Made by a program: the position numbers and the translations under genes. A stretch of 64,000 nt of DNA from Lytechinus pictus (lineage: Eukaryota), in the NCBI RefSeq assembly GCF_037042905.1, contig NC_087260.1, positions 25,482,001 through 25,546,000 on the forward strand, written 5' to 3'. The notes beneath the pieces were generated by a model that made no database searches, was not told the DNA's origin, and worked only from the letters and a program-made list of their open reading frames with translations. Position 1 is the stretch's first letter. Each line of letters begins with the position of its first letter. This document shows positions 1 through 13,409 of the stretch, piece after piece.

Positions 1-708
1 CATCTAACATAAAGTTTGTGCAAATAACGATCACATCAGACTTGGAATGGTGATAATGACTTTGAACTCTGGACAAAATAATTAACTGCCTTCCAGAAGA
101 GGCAAAAAGCTTCAAAGATAGAGTCATTATACTGTAGCATGGACTTTTGGAGGACTGTTCTGGACTGTTACAATTAGGAATATTGCAGCCACCACTGATG
201 GCTCTCCAAAATAATTTGAGATAAATGTACAAGTAGTCAAGTACTATTCGGTTTTATCAACTTTCAAATGACAAGATGACAGAACTGACATTACTCTTTA
301 TGATACTGCTCAAACATCAGCATTGTTTCTTCATCCAACGGAAAGAAAAGTGCAACATGAGGTAGCAATTCTCTTCTTCTCTTTCTAAACTTCTTTCTCT
401 CTCTCTCTCTCATTCTCCCTCTCACACGTACACACTCTAATCAAGAAAAGTACACTGTAAAACGCATGGCCTGCGGGCTTTCCACTGCCCCATCTATTTC
501 ATCCTACATGTATTCATCAAAGAACAAGGATTTAATGTACAATTTACAACCCTCATTTACATTTCTCCCAATACACAGACGAAGTGCTATGGCAGTTGTA
601 TGTTGTACTGCTGGAAAGATTTTTAGTCATGTTAACATTCAAAATAACAACACAAGGAATCTTGTCTACGTAAACTCATTTAATTAATCTATATTATTGG
701 CAATGTTA

Positions 709-1087
709 GGTTTATTTCCAATTCGTCAAATTGCCAACTCGTCTGCTATCATTTGGTCTACCATCAGTTCGTCCACTCACCACATGGTCTACTTTCATTT
801 TATAGTCTAATGCCATTCCGTTTAATAACCAGTTGGTCCAATAGCCATTTAGTCCATATACCATTTGGTCTAATTGGACTTATTGTGCAAATTTAATGAA
901 AATGAAATGGATATTACATCAATCTGTTATGAGACAAAATGGTCATAGACGAATTGGTGAATAGACGAAGTGACGAATGGACCAAATGGTTGTTAGAAGA
1001 AATGTTGGACGGAATGGCATTAGACTAAATGAAAGTAGACCATGAGGTGAGTGGACGAGCTGGCAGTAGACGAATTGGCAATTTACC
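709..1087. mobile_element. Foldback-like non-autonomous element with long modular inverted arms
   Basis: Left arm ttgccaactcgtctgct...gtccactcaccacatggtctactttcattt...agtctaatgccattccg mirrors the right arm cggaatggcattagact...aaatgaaagtagaccatgaggtgagtggacga...gacgaattggcaattt. Confidence 0.8.
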
Positions 1088-1170
1088 CTCTACGTGTACA
1101 TAGTGTATTAAGAAATTGTTGTGACCATGCAACCCCAATTATTATATTTTCTTGCTGTCTCAATCGTTAC

Positions 1171-1337
1171 TAATACCATGGTCACATTTGTTCTACGGCG
1201 GCCGTACGGCGAGTCGAAAACAGCCGTTTTAACATTTTTTGTCAAACTACATATAGGTGGTTTGAATCAAAATTAATAAAACGGCTGTATTCGACTCGCC
1301 GTATGGCCGCCGTAGAACAAATGTGACCATGGTATTA
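1171..1337. mobile_element. Palindromic MITE with ~60-bp TIRs, family A copy 1
   Basis: taataccatggtcacatttgttctacggcggccgtacggcgagtcgaa ... ttcgactcgccgtatggccgccgtagaacaaatgtgaccatggtatta. Confidence 0.88.
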
Positions 1338-3070
1338 GTGCTGCTGATCTGCTGTCTTTGTTCTCAGTGCTGTTTTTGTTGACACAGTGTTTATTGTTGT
1401 TTAAAACCTCTATGCACCTGTAGATTTTTTCCACTCCCCATTCCAGGTTGTCAAATATAACCTTAGCTTAACTTCTCTTTTCTTCTATAAAATTCCAATT
1501 ATCTTCACCTGTAAAAGACACAGTACTGCCATATCCCCCTGGTATGTGCTTAGCCAACACCACAAACAATCCATCTGTTTACATCTAAATCCCTTCCTTC
1601 AGCCAAGTCTATTTGCACTGCAATAACACCCAGTGTGTGCTGAGTACTGGAGTGTTTCCTGCACCCATATACTCATTAGGGCACAAACATACAATACATT
1701 TCACATGGCATGTAATGTAATGTGCAACATACAATACCAAGAAAAAATCAATTTCCTCTTCTCACACCTGGCCCCTGTGACTGTGAAGAGGTAAATTGAC
1801 AATTTACAATTAAAAGCAACTTTTTGTAAAAAGTTTGCCACAAACTTACTATGACTTATTCAATTGTATTGATTATACAGCGCCCTGCACAGACAGGTAC
1901 TACTGTACGACCCTGTCCCTGACCAGGTATTTCTTCAAATTACTTCAAAAACATCTACATGTACTCTTGAGAAGCCCAACTCAAGCAATGCAATGCACCA
2001 GCCTTTGTTTTAATTTGAAGCACAAGTACAGTTGTATTAACCATCAATTACAAGTCTATGCCAGTTACCTTTGTGCTTGTAATATTTGAGTCTCACACTG
2101 TACATTGCAGTTGAATCTCAAATACACAGATGAAAATCTATTTTGGTGAATGGGAGACTTGAAGCCCAACCTACTTCCCCCTTCTCTGACCCTCCCCTAT
2201 GACAAGGGTTAGGTCTACCATCTGTTAGAGTAGTACATGTAGGTTCATGGTTAAATTTACCAAAATCAGTTATTTTTATAGAATTCCCCCATACTGTACC
2301 AGATGGTGATGTCTGAACATGTACATGCAAAAGAAGGAAAGACAACAGACATGTCTGAAATAGGAGTTTATATGTAATAGCCTGTATTTTGAAGTCTAGT
2401 CCTACACTAGTCTACAGTAACTGTATAGACCATTGCCCAACTCTGTGATTAATACAATAAGCTAAATAAAAGGTCACAATTTCTGTTTACATCGCATGTA
2501 GCGCTGCCTACATCTACATGTAAATCACAGTACATTACATCTGTACATGAATATAAAACAACAAATGCCATCTAAGTATAAAAGAACGGAATGTTCTAAC
2601 AACATTTCGATATCTACAAAGTATTTTGGAAAATGAAACACTTTAAAAATTAAAACTTTTGTTTCACTTTTTCAGAAAAAATACTCACTGATATCTACAT
2701 GCGGATGATCCAATATTAATCCATAACAAAAGTTTCCCCCGTCTATCCCAGAACAGAAAACTTACACAAGAGCCTATACATGTACACGTGTACATGTAAT
2801 GTACATAATGCTTCAGTTCAGTGCATCAATAGTTTTCGGAACAAGGGTTTTCATATGAATATAAATGTGTGCCAAGGTTTAGTTCCAGGGTGCAGGTTTT
2901 GGCTCTATGATGTAAGTTTTTGTTGCATAAGGAGAGATCAGGAAATGGGTGTCTGCTGAAGATACCCCTCCGCTATAAAGTAGGTTAAATACATGTAAGC
3001 TTGAGACTTTGTCATTAGCATTTGGGAGATATCATCTCTGAAGAAATTAAGAATTTTCAATTTTTCTTAA

Positions 3071-3673
3071 AGGTCAAGTCTACCTCAGAAAAATGTTGAT
3101 TTAAATCAATAGAGAAAAATCAGACAAGCATTATGCTGAAAATTTCATCAAAATCGGATGTAAAATAAGAAAGTTATGACATTTTAAAATTTCGCTTATT
3201 TTTCACAAAATAGTTATATGAACGAGTCAGTTACATGCAAATGAGAGAGTCAATGTTGTCGCTCACTCACTATTTCTTTGTTTTTTATTGTTTGAATTAT
3301 GCAATATTTCAATTTTTACAGATTTGACAATAAGGACGAACTTGACTGAACCATAAAATGTTAAACAATAGTAATTCCATATGTTCAGGGAGAAACAAAA
3401 CTTTGTTTCACAGGACAATGGGGAGAAAATTAGAATATTTCGTATTTCATATAATAAAATACAAAAGAAATAGTAAGTGAGTGATTGTAATCAGTTCCCT
3501 CATTTGCATACCAACCGAGATGTGCATATAACTGTTTTGTGAAATGAAGCCAAACTTTAGAATGTCATAACTTTCTTATTTTACATCCGATTTTGATGAA
3601 TTTTTCAGCGTTATGCTTGTCTGATTTTTCTCTTTCTATTCAAATCAAGTTCTTGTTGGGGTGGACTTGTCCT
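3071..3673. mobile_element. Kolobok-like non-autonomous DNA transposon with TTAA TSD and long TIRs
   Basis: TTAA|aggtcaagtctac ... gtggacttgtcct|TTAA; more than 100 bp of inverted arms (aaatttcatcaaaatcggatgtaaaataagaaagttatgacatt and its reverse complement). Confidence 0.88.
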
Positions 3674-6600
3674 TTAAGTACATGTAGGCCTCAACATGTA
3701 CATGTCCAAAGTTGGCCTATTATAAAGTCTAAACTTACGCTATTGACATACTCTTGTGCTCATTTAGGAGTATATACAGGAATACTTTATGATACGTTTG
3801 TCACTACAATAAAACAAAAGAAACAAAGATGTATGCCAAATTGAATAACTGTATTAAGAGACACATAATACAGAGCATCCTGTAATTATGCAATTTTTAC
3901 TGATTTATTATGAGTAGTTTATACATCAGACACTAACACTTTTACAGATTGTATTCTAGCTTTAAAAGCGATTCCAGGGTTTTTTCACGTAGGAATATAC
4001 AGTAGGCCATGTAGCCTCTTATGCAATAGTTGATACACGGTAGGAAGGAATCCATTCATTCAATAATCATTCCTGTTTTTATAAAATGATCCTATCATGG
4101 ACATGTACATTTACAAAATGTAATAGGCCTATCTTGCAGTTTATAGACCTACAGACTACAGTGTACATGACTTTGTACACAAATGGGTACCCATTCACCC
4201 CACTCACCACCAAGCCTGGGAAAGTTTGGGGCAGACACACTATTCAAGTAATACAAGAGAATAAACCCCTTATACTCACTTGCACAGTGCTAGTGCAATA
4301 CAGTGGCTCTTGGGATTATTTTATGGGGATAAGAGGGTGGGAAAAGAGTCTGTTACTGGATATACCCCCATTCACACTTCAAAGATTTTTGTAATACCGT
4401 GAGATGTACTGTAAATGTATACTGACTCTTTTGCACCGAGGTGCATTTCATACACTTGTATTATTTACCATGGTTTGAAAAGTTGAAACTAGTATTAATG
4501 TAATGCTCTTTTAATTCTGTTAGTTTTGTACATGAAGGCATAGTTATTATAGGCACAGGTTATAGGCCTACATGTATAATTTTCTGGATGTGCGCCAGTC
4601 AATATTTCCAAGCCAAAGCTGGATAATGGTCAGACTGTCCTAGCATCATACATGTACATCTGGGTACACTGTAGCTAATGCTTAACTGTAGCTATTGATA
4701 CTGCTGTTGTAGTATGAACTTGTTGGTATGATGGAAAACAAAAATCGGGTTGAAGTAGGTAATACAGTATGCATATTATGGCATATGGGCAAATATTTCT
4801 CTGGGTTTAATAACTTGGGTATCACCTTTATTAATTTGTTCCTTCATAGCAGAAATTATTAAAAAGAAAGAAAGTTGATTTGATGTATTTGAAACAGATT
4901 TCTAATAAAAGAGCTGCTCTTACATGTTTAAATTTTCTTATCACATGGGCCTACAACATCAACTTTTACATTGTGATCAGATATACATTCACCATTATTT
5001 GATCTCAAATAATTTATCCTATTAAACGTAAAACTTGTTTTGTAGGTGTTCATAGATAAACTCGAAGTTCAAATGGGTGTTGTTTTGTTGTTGCTTTTTT
5101 TTTTATTGTGTGAAAGGGTTTATAGGTTGCTCACCATTCTGGCATGTACAAGTTATTTGGTGCTGGCGGCAGTACAATTTAGCCCACAATAGAGTTCAGA
5201 AAGAGGGGTCATGATTTCTTCTCTCTTTTTCCCCCTTCATTTCTTTTCAATATTCAGGAACCATTTTTTTTTTTCTATTTTAGACAGGGATTAAACTGCA
5301 AAGAATGCAGGTTTGGGACCTTCTATGGCTGCAGTCAAAAACATTGGTGAGATACAGAACTCCGGTAACAATTTAGATCAGTGATCTTGCTTCATAGGCA
5401 ACTAAAATGTGACGCTAAATGATATAAATTTGATACGAGTTCCAAATTGAAGTCAGAATTAATGAAACCAAAAGATTTCATACATCACATGTCAACCTAT
5501 TATATACTAGACAAACCCCACAAAAAACACTATTAAAACAACACTGGGTTCAATACTTGTAGGTTGCCCATGTTGACATCCAGCACTTGGAATTTGAAAG
5601 TAAAGGGAAATCAAATCGATACTTGGGATTTCAAGATTTTGTGTTCATACGGTAAAAACAAAACATACTAAAATGGGAATCCACTTCCAAATAGCATTCT
5701 ATGTTTAACAAGTGGGCGTCATCAAGGGCATTTCTCTGAATTCAATCCTGTTTTTCAGAGTTGATTTGCCATATTTGTATTACCAGTCTGATGAGAATAA
5801 AGCCAGGAATCTATTGAACATGTTCACCAAACTATTGAACTCTGAATCATTGAATCTTTGAATGAAAATATCAAAGGACAAAATATGTGGAGTTTGAACC
5901 ATTTGACTGCACAATCATTACATATTCTAGCACAAAGAACTCATTGAGCAGTATAAAGCTATCTAGGTATTTATGTAGCCATATTGTTGAGGGGTGATAT
6001 TGGAACACAAAAATCAATTAGCAACGTACTTGTGTTGGGGTTCTGGTATGCAATCCATCTTCTATCACAAACTTAATAAAAAAGACTGGTTTACAAGTAC
6101 CAGTACTGTAAATTCCCAGGGAGTCAAAACATTATTTCCCTTCAAAACCGACATCTACTCAAACTGATGACAGCCTCCATTACAAATGAATGAAATTGGA
6201 ACCTAATTTATAATTTTGCATCGCTAAGTCAGGCAAACTTGAAATAATCAGGAAACATATATGTTGCATAAATGTGAATACATTACACCAGTCAAACGCT
6301 AAGAAATGCCATCCCTCATTCAAATGTCTTCTACCGATTTCAGTCTTTATCTTGTCATTTCCACAAAAGTGAGAACTGAAAAGTACCTCCATGTTCATCA
6401 AATCCTCACCGTGCAACAAAAATCCCTACAGGCTTTAAGCAAGACTAGGTGCGAAAAGTAAGAATCACACGTAATATACAAATTCACTTGCAAAACACAC
6501 TGTGTACAGGAGCAAATGAAAGAGGAAACCTGGATTGCAGTGAGTCATTTCTACCATTACTTTTATGGACGTCTGGATTGAGGCAGCCCCTGGTCTACCC

Positions 6601-7298
6601 ATGCCGAGTTTTATCTGCTGTTTAACGACTCCACTCCTACATGTATAGTGGAGACGGGTCATCAGTTATAACTACTGTTGCCATAGTGATATCTACTCTG
6701 ATTTTGCAAGATGATGGCATGATGTTAATTGAGGGGGCATAGACTACATCCACCCTGTACACGCTGTAGTCTCAACTTCAGACATCCATCAAAATCAAAT
6801 CTGATCTGAAGTCTTAACTTTTAACCATGGAAAGTTTATAGTACCGTATCTGAAAAAGTGATTTGCTATAGCAGGCTAGGTCAATTTACATATCATGTAA
6901 AAGAATACGACATAGGCCTACATGTAGGTCTAGGTCCAAGACTGGAGTTTGATGACAAGAGTTCTCTATTTAGCTGAGGATCTTTAGCAGGAAAACTTCA
7001 ACTTCAAATCAGCTGTAAAGAGGATTATCATTGATATTCATTGAAAGTTACAGTAATAGCAATCGACATCAGTACAATTTTATTATTTCATGTAAGTGGA
7101 GAGATAAAGTGTCACTTTTAAAATTTTCATTATGAAATTCAAAGCATGTAACATGTATATCTTGTATACATCTGTGAACTTCTGTGGGTTATATGCATTA
7201 GGCCAATTAACACTGAGATTCGGTGACAGATAGTACAGGAAGAGAGTAAGTCACGTTCACACGGTAATCTCAAACTCATGCTTTGTCTGTTGAGCCTA

Positions 7299-7496
7299 AA
7301 TACCTCAGTCACATTTCCCCTACAGCGAACATACGGCGAGTCACATTTCCCCTACAGCGAACATACGGCGAGTCGAAAACAACCGTTTTATTTATTTTTA
7401 TATTAACCATCTATATATAGCTGGTACAAAAATTGTTCACACAGCTTTTTTTGACTCGCTGTATGGCCGCCGTAGGGGAAATGTGACTGAGGTATT
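7299..7496. mobile_element. Palindromic MITE, family A copy 2, with an internal ~32-bp tandem duplication
   Basis: aatacctcagtcacatttcccctac ... gtaggggaaatgtgactgaggtatt; shares tacggcgagtcgaaaac and gtatggccgccgtag with copy 1. Confidence 0.85.
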
Positions 7497-10400
7497 ACTG
7501 AGCCACTAGATGACAAGGATCCTACAATACATAAAAAACAGATCATAACATATAAAGCTAGGTTTGCAGAATTTAAAAGGGACTATGCAATTAGTAAAAA
7601 AAAATCATAGGTGTTAGCTTTATAGAAAAAGATGCCAAAAAAGATTATTATCAGTAGACAAGCTTGATATATCATTATTAGAGTGTTTTAATTTTCTTGC
7701 AATCAGTGATGAATATTATTAAAGAAACTAGTCGGAGGGAGTATATATACATGCACTCATGATGTAATCTTTCCAGAAATATATTGTAAAACACGATCCA
7801 CAACTACATGTTGTACGATTCTTGATTTCAATAGGTCATTGTTAAAGCAGTACAAATTTGTACACAGCAGCCTACTAAAGCAACGGTAGTCCCTTATGAA
7901 CAGAGTGGTGTGGATAATGTAACCGTACCTGCGTTAGGAAACATTAGATGAGTTTCAGTTTATTATGTCCTTCCCATCCAGAAATCTCAATGAATGGAAA
8001 TTAACATTGGCGGTCGAGGAAACATGATAATAACTGATTGCTGCGTTTATTTATATCCACAAGGTTTCCACAGACTACATGAACCTCCTTCCTCTTGCAA
8101 TCCCCCCCCCCCCCTCCTCTACCCATCCATACCAGGGCTCCCCTTCCTCTCCCCCACCTCTTCCATCAATAGATTACTGTGCTCATTAATTTCTGCAAGT
8201 TTCTGCAGTCTACATCTGTACATGTATCTCCTTCCTCTTTAGGTTCCCCTCCCCCACCCCTCTCCTCCCTCCCCTCCTCTCTCCTGCCCTATCCCTAAAC
8301 AGATTGCTGGGTATACGTGTATTTATATCTAGTAGGCTTTTACAGACTACATGAACCTCCTTCCCCTTTGCCTCCTCCCCTACCCAACCCCTCCCCTTCC
8401 ACACCCCATCTCTCCACCTATATTCTTTTCAGCATGAAGAGAGCTTAATTAAAAAAAATCATACTCTACGTCCTGCCACTGATTGACTGCGTTCAATATA
8501 TTAAATCTAGGGAAAATATTACACTTTACATAACTGGGTACTTGTTTGAGAGATATTTAATATGAAAATTGATAATTCAAAATGGTTTTATTGTCATTTT
8601 TCATATCTATTCATTTCAGATGTAAATACTTGCACTGGTAATGCATCAATACACTATGAATTCTGTTACTTTCTATTCATTGCTTGTATTTCTCAATACT
8701 TTTTAATTCCATCTGCAAACTATTCTGGATTAAAAGTGGTGGAGAAAGATTGAATACTTGAATGGTCAGAGGTACAAGTAAATTGGAAACTTTCCCTGCT
8801 TCTATAAATAAACACAGGGTAACTTCCCCCAACAAACAAGGTCATCATGGGAGATGGTGTCAAAACAGCATTATGTCAATGACGTATGTTGATGCTACAC
8901 TGTCAAGAAAAAGTTTGGTTTAAATTTCTGTCCTTCATTGTACTTCTTCATCATGACATGCTTCCCCAAGGTATTTTAATATCCAAAACCTAATCAATAC
9001 TTGTAACAGGAAACAATCAGATGTACTATATCAAGTACCAGTAATGTTTTTTATTCACAATTCCAGCCTTGCAGTTTACAGAGAGTGAGACGGAGGTGAA
9101 AAAGTCAAGTACATTATCAAAATATAAAGCATCCTATATAAACTAAAACCTGATCAATACTTGTAACAGGAAAAATGAGATGTGCAATGTCAAGTACAAT
9201 ACTTTTCCCACACATCCAGTCTTGCAGTATACATGTACAACAGAGAGTGAGGGGTGGGGGAGTGGAGAAACCTTATTGAATTTGAACTAGGAATTTGTTT
9301 GATTTCTTTCACAGCAGTATCCCTCAACCTGTTAGATCAGTGCACCATGTCCAGGCATCAAGCAATAGAGCACCTTGAACCCTGGCCTGCGGGACCGCCG
9401 CTGCATCTCCATGGGGACCATGAACCAGCTACAACCATTATCTTCTCTCTACAGTTTGTTTAGAATTGGAAGGTCATGGGCAGACACTGGGTCTATAATT
9501 GGCATCCTCTTCCCTGCATCTGAACCTGGCTAAATCAGGCAAGTATCAGATCCATGGGGAGAGCTTGTCTAGAAGTTTGCTTCCCTTCTTCCAGGTCTAT
9601 GGGATGTCTTGCCATTGTAATGCTCCATCGTCTCCACAAATATATACAAAACTAATCCATCATTTTGCCTCCGACAAGATTCTGCTAGGATCGAAAGCTT
9701 AGGCCCCTTTTTGACTTTCCAAAACTAATCCAGAAAGAAATGGTATCATCTTCACTATGTGGGTCATCACACTGGGACAGAATTTCTCTAAACTCTCAAT
9801 AATGAACTAAAATGCATTAGAAAGACTACTATCATTTAGACCCTATGTGATGCAAGGAGATCCATCAACATCTTAATAAGTGTTTTGAATTCGAGATCAT
9901 ATCCTCAAGGCTACTTGCAGGGTGTACATCAAAAGAAGTTTGAACGCCAATATGAGTTTGCTTGCACACACATTTGTCTGCAGTTTTTTTCACAATTCAA
10001 CTTCCTAGGACAGTCTGTAGGGAAGGCTGTATGTTAATTATTCTACGCCCCCAAATAGTGTCAGCAGATGATTCTCTAACTTTTGGGGTTTTAGATTAAC
10101 AAATCAACTTGGTGTGAACTATTTTTCATCTTGCTGCCCTAATGTAGGTTTTAAGCTCACGTCACTACTGTCAATTTCTGGATTTAAAAAATCGTATTTT
10201 TTTCATACTTTGCCTTATCTCATTGTACATGGATAAACAGTCTGCAGACTGAATGTACATTTCCCATGTAAAAACAAATCAAAGAGGAACTGAAAAGCCT
10301 CAACTTAATGAAAATACATCTTTGTTTAACACTTAGGTAGAATTTATTTTCTATCTAACATTAGCATTTGCACTGTTTCATTTTTGTGTGTTTTTGTTCT

Positions 10401-11955
10401 GTTGTTGTTGCCTTTTGGTTCATTTTTATTTTTCTTTTCACATCAGTTTTAATGAACTTGAACTTTTATTCCGATGGGTGGTATAAGCTACAAATACAAG
10501 GTAGGCCTATGCCTAGGTGAATAATACTTCTCAACACTATTCTTTTCTCCCTTTGCACGCTGAATTAATTCTTGGGGTATAATAATGACAATTGTATTTA
10601 TGAAATTTTCTTTGAAATTAAAGTTCATATTTGTACCATTTGTACTGATAATTATTGTGTAGATATTAATCAAGAACTATTGCCATTGGTAAGCTTCTCA
10701 AGTATAAAGTTAAGGGAGAAAACTAATTATTACGATTACCGAATTTAATTGTACGAATGTGCAAAATTGCAACATTAGCGTGGCAAGGGTTAATATAAAT
10801 AATAAAGATAAAGGTTTTCTCAGTCAGATTTCTTTTTCTTTTTTTCAAAATAAATGTATTATAGGACTGCCTTCTTAAGAAAAATACACTGAACAAAATA
10901 AGGGCTGGTACAAGATTAACTAGAATTGTTCTAAAAATATTGTTTTAATGAAATAAAGGACAAAGACAGTGTCACCTATAAAACTTAGAAAATTATTTTA
11001 ATTAAGTAATAAAATAAGTTTTTGATAGCAATAAAATTAAAGACAGTTGATCTAGACAGTCTCTAACAAGAACATTGAAAAGCAGAGTATCAAACAAACA
11101 AAATATTTATGAAATTAATATTTCACACTTGCTCGCTAAGTAAACACTCCCATGTGACATGACCATACAATACAATACAATAACTAGATCTATATCTAGG
11201 TCTATGAACTTTTTATCTTTTTATCTTCCAGAGGGTACAAGTGCTATTGTCACAATTATATTTACACTAGCTGAAAAGGGTCCAAACTACAGCAAGTTCT
11301 ACTGTATGTATGTACAGTAGACAGGAAGGTATGCAGGTTATGCATACACATACCATTCCCACAACACCAACTTGCTACTATTTGTTTACCCCCTTCTCGG
11401 ATTAGACGACTAGGACTAGGGTAATGAGGGAGGGTTCAATAAATGAGTCACTCTCTTCTGTCACTGCCTGGCATAATGTCACTTGGAATTGGAGAGGGAA
11501 TGCAACTTGATTAATTTGCTGAAACTTTCAGCCCCAAAAATGTAACAACAGATGTTTGACTAGAGTTGGGAATCTTTACAGTTTTAGTGGTCTGAATATA
11601 CTGGAGAATGCTACACAAACACTGGGGTCCCACAAAATAAGGCACCATACGGGAAACCAAACTTGCCAGCTGGCATCTGTTAACGTACTGTCCAATGGCG
11701 AGCCCGGCCTGCCCGAGCTGCAGTGCAGCGAAAGTGCCACATAGGCAACTTACAATGTACGTAGGCAAGCAAGCCCCCTTACCAACGTACCGATCTCCGT
11801 ACGTAGCTCCCGCAGACACGAAGAAATGTCATGTTAGCAATTTATTATCCTATTTTCTTCAGCTACTTTGTCAACTATACAAATTAACACCGATATAATA
11901 ATGATGATTTCTCCATCTAAATTCATAAAATAATAGAAAATCAATATTGTCTCAC

Positions 11956-12055
11956 CTTTACCTGACGAAGAAACGTAAAATCTGGACCTTTTCTGGAGAC
12001 ACGGAATGTTTATGCATAGGACGTCCGCCATACTTCAATGACTGCGCATGCTCAA
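11956..12055 (-). promoter_or_regulatory. Putative promoter/TSS and first exon of an unidentified gene (possibly coding MADVLCINIPCLQKRSRFYVSSSGK)
   Basis: CpG-rich island ~11680-12300; NRF1-like TGCGCATGC (12043-12051); YY1-like AAGTATGGCGGAC over the ATG at 12031; tandem donors CAG/gtaaag and AAG/gtgaga 6 nt apart; CpG-poor sequence to the left. Confidence 0.55.
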
Positions 12056-12555
12056 TAAACTCTAGAAAAAAAAACATGGTCAAAGACTCAAAGTACATGT
12101 ACAATATAATATTATTGTGTACATTTTTAGCTGTAATGTACGAGTTATAGTACTGCGAGTGGCATATTTGCCATAAATAGGGTTGTATCGTTCGGAAGTC
12201 CTGTTGTGAACAAAACGGCAAAAAGGGAAATTTTACTCGAACTTTAGAAGGTTACCGGTATATTTTGACGCCTCTGTTTTTAGTGTGTATTTTTATATCC
12301 CGAATTTTGGCCCTGACAACAAAACTCAAAAGAAAGAAAGAATAAATGTGATGCACGTACCATTCACGATAAGCGGATTCACTACCAAAGGAAAAAAAAT
12401 CATAAGATATAGTAGATTTTTTAAATCAAAGTAGGGACTTAAAGACAAGATATAAGCATTGTCCTTGGTCTAAACTCCCACTACTTGCAGCAGAATAGGA
12501 ATAAAATACACCATCGGAATTCAAGTGTTAATTCTCAGCCGCCGCCCCCCCCAAA

Positions 12556-12562
<7 letters not shown>

Positions 12563-12602
<40 letters not shown>

Positions 12603-12730
12603 TATATAAATTTATAAATAAATAATTATAATAAAAATTTATGAATAAATAATTATAATAAAAATTTAAAAATAAATGATAATAATAATAATTATTATTA
12701 TTATAAAATAAAAATCAATAAACAAAATAT
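12563..12730. repeat. (TA)n microsatellite and AT-only low-complexity tract
   Basis: tatatata and aataat repeats. Confidence 0.9.
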
Positions 12731-13382
12731 GTATTGTTTTGTTTTTTTAGGGGCGCAAAGAATAAGCTCATCGTGACAGTGAAAATCATTTTTATGACTT
12801 ATAACGCTTTAAAAACAAAACAAAAGTCGAATGACAACACTTGGGGGGTTGGGGGGAGGTCGCTTTGTTTTGTTTTTGTTTTTAGTGTGTGGGTGTGTCT
12901 GCGTTTATTTGGTGTTGAATAAACATTCGATTTATATGAAACAAAGAACAGAATTTAGAATATTCTATTTACAATGTTATTTACCGATGTTGATCATTGA
13001 AAATCATGAGATAGGCCTATATATTTCCCCGGCTCATTTGATCATATAAATATTTTGACAAAGTACAAGATGAGCATGTTTATATCCCCTTACTAAATTG
13101 TGTAAACCAATCAAAAATTGCCAAATGGAAATCGGTCACTATGATTAATTATGATAAATTATTTGCACTCCACTTTATATCATATTTAAACCTATTAAAG
13201 AAAATAACAAGAGAGGAAACATAACCACCACTTGGAATGTGATCATACCATTTTCCAAAGCTTCATGAAAGATGATCTTAGACATGATAAGCATGTAAGC
13301 TAATAATAATTATGTTTATTATGTTTGAATATCATAGCGACTGCCTGGCTATCCGGATTAATGTTAGAAGAACTTTGGCTGA

Positions 13383-13409
13383 GGAATTCCCCATGCCGAG
13401 GAATTCCCC
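13383..13409 (-). promoter_or_regulatory. Two tandem NF-kB consensus-matching sites (GGGGAATTCC) in a 17-bp duplication
   Basis: ggaattcccc at 13383-13392 and 13400-13409 match GGGRNWYYCC on the minus strand. Confidence 0.35.

Noticed and set aside
9254-9900. GC-richer, coding-like stretch
   Set aside because: Stops interrupt the frames examined and no domain was recognised; possibly a decayed transposon but not supportable.
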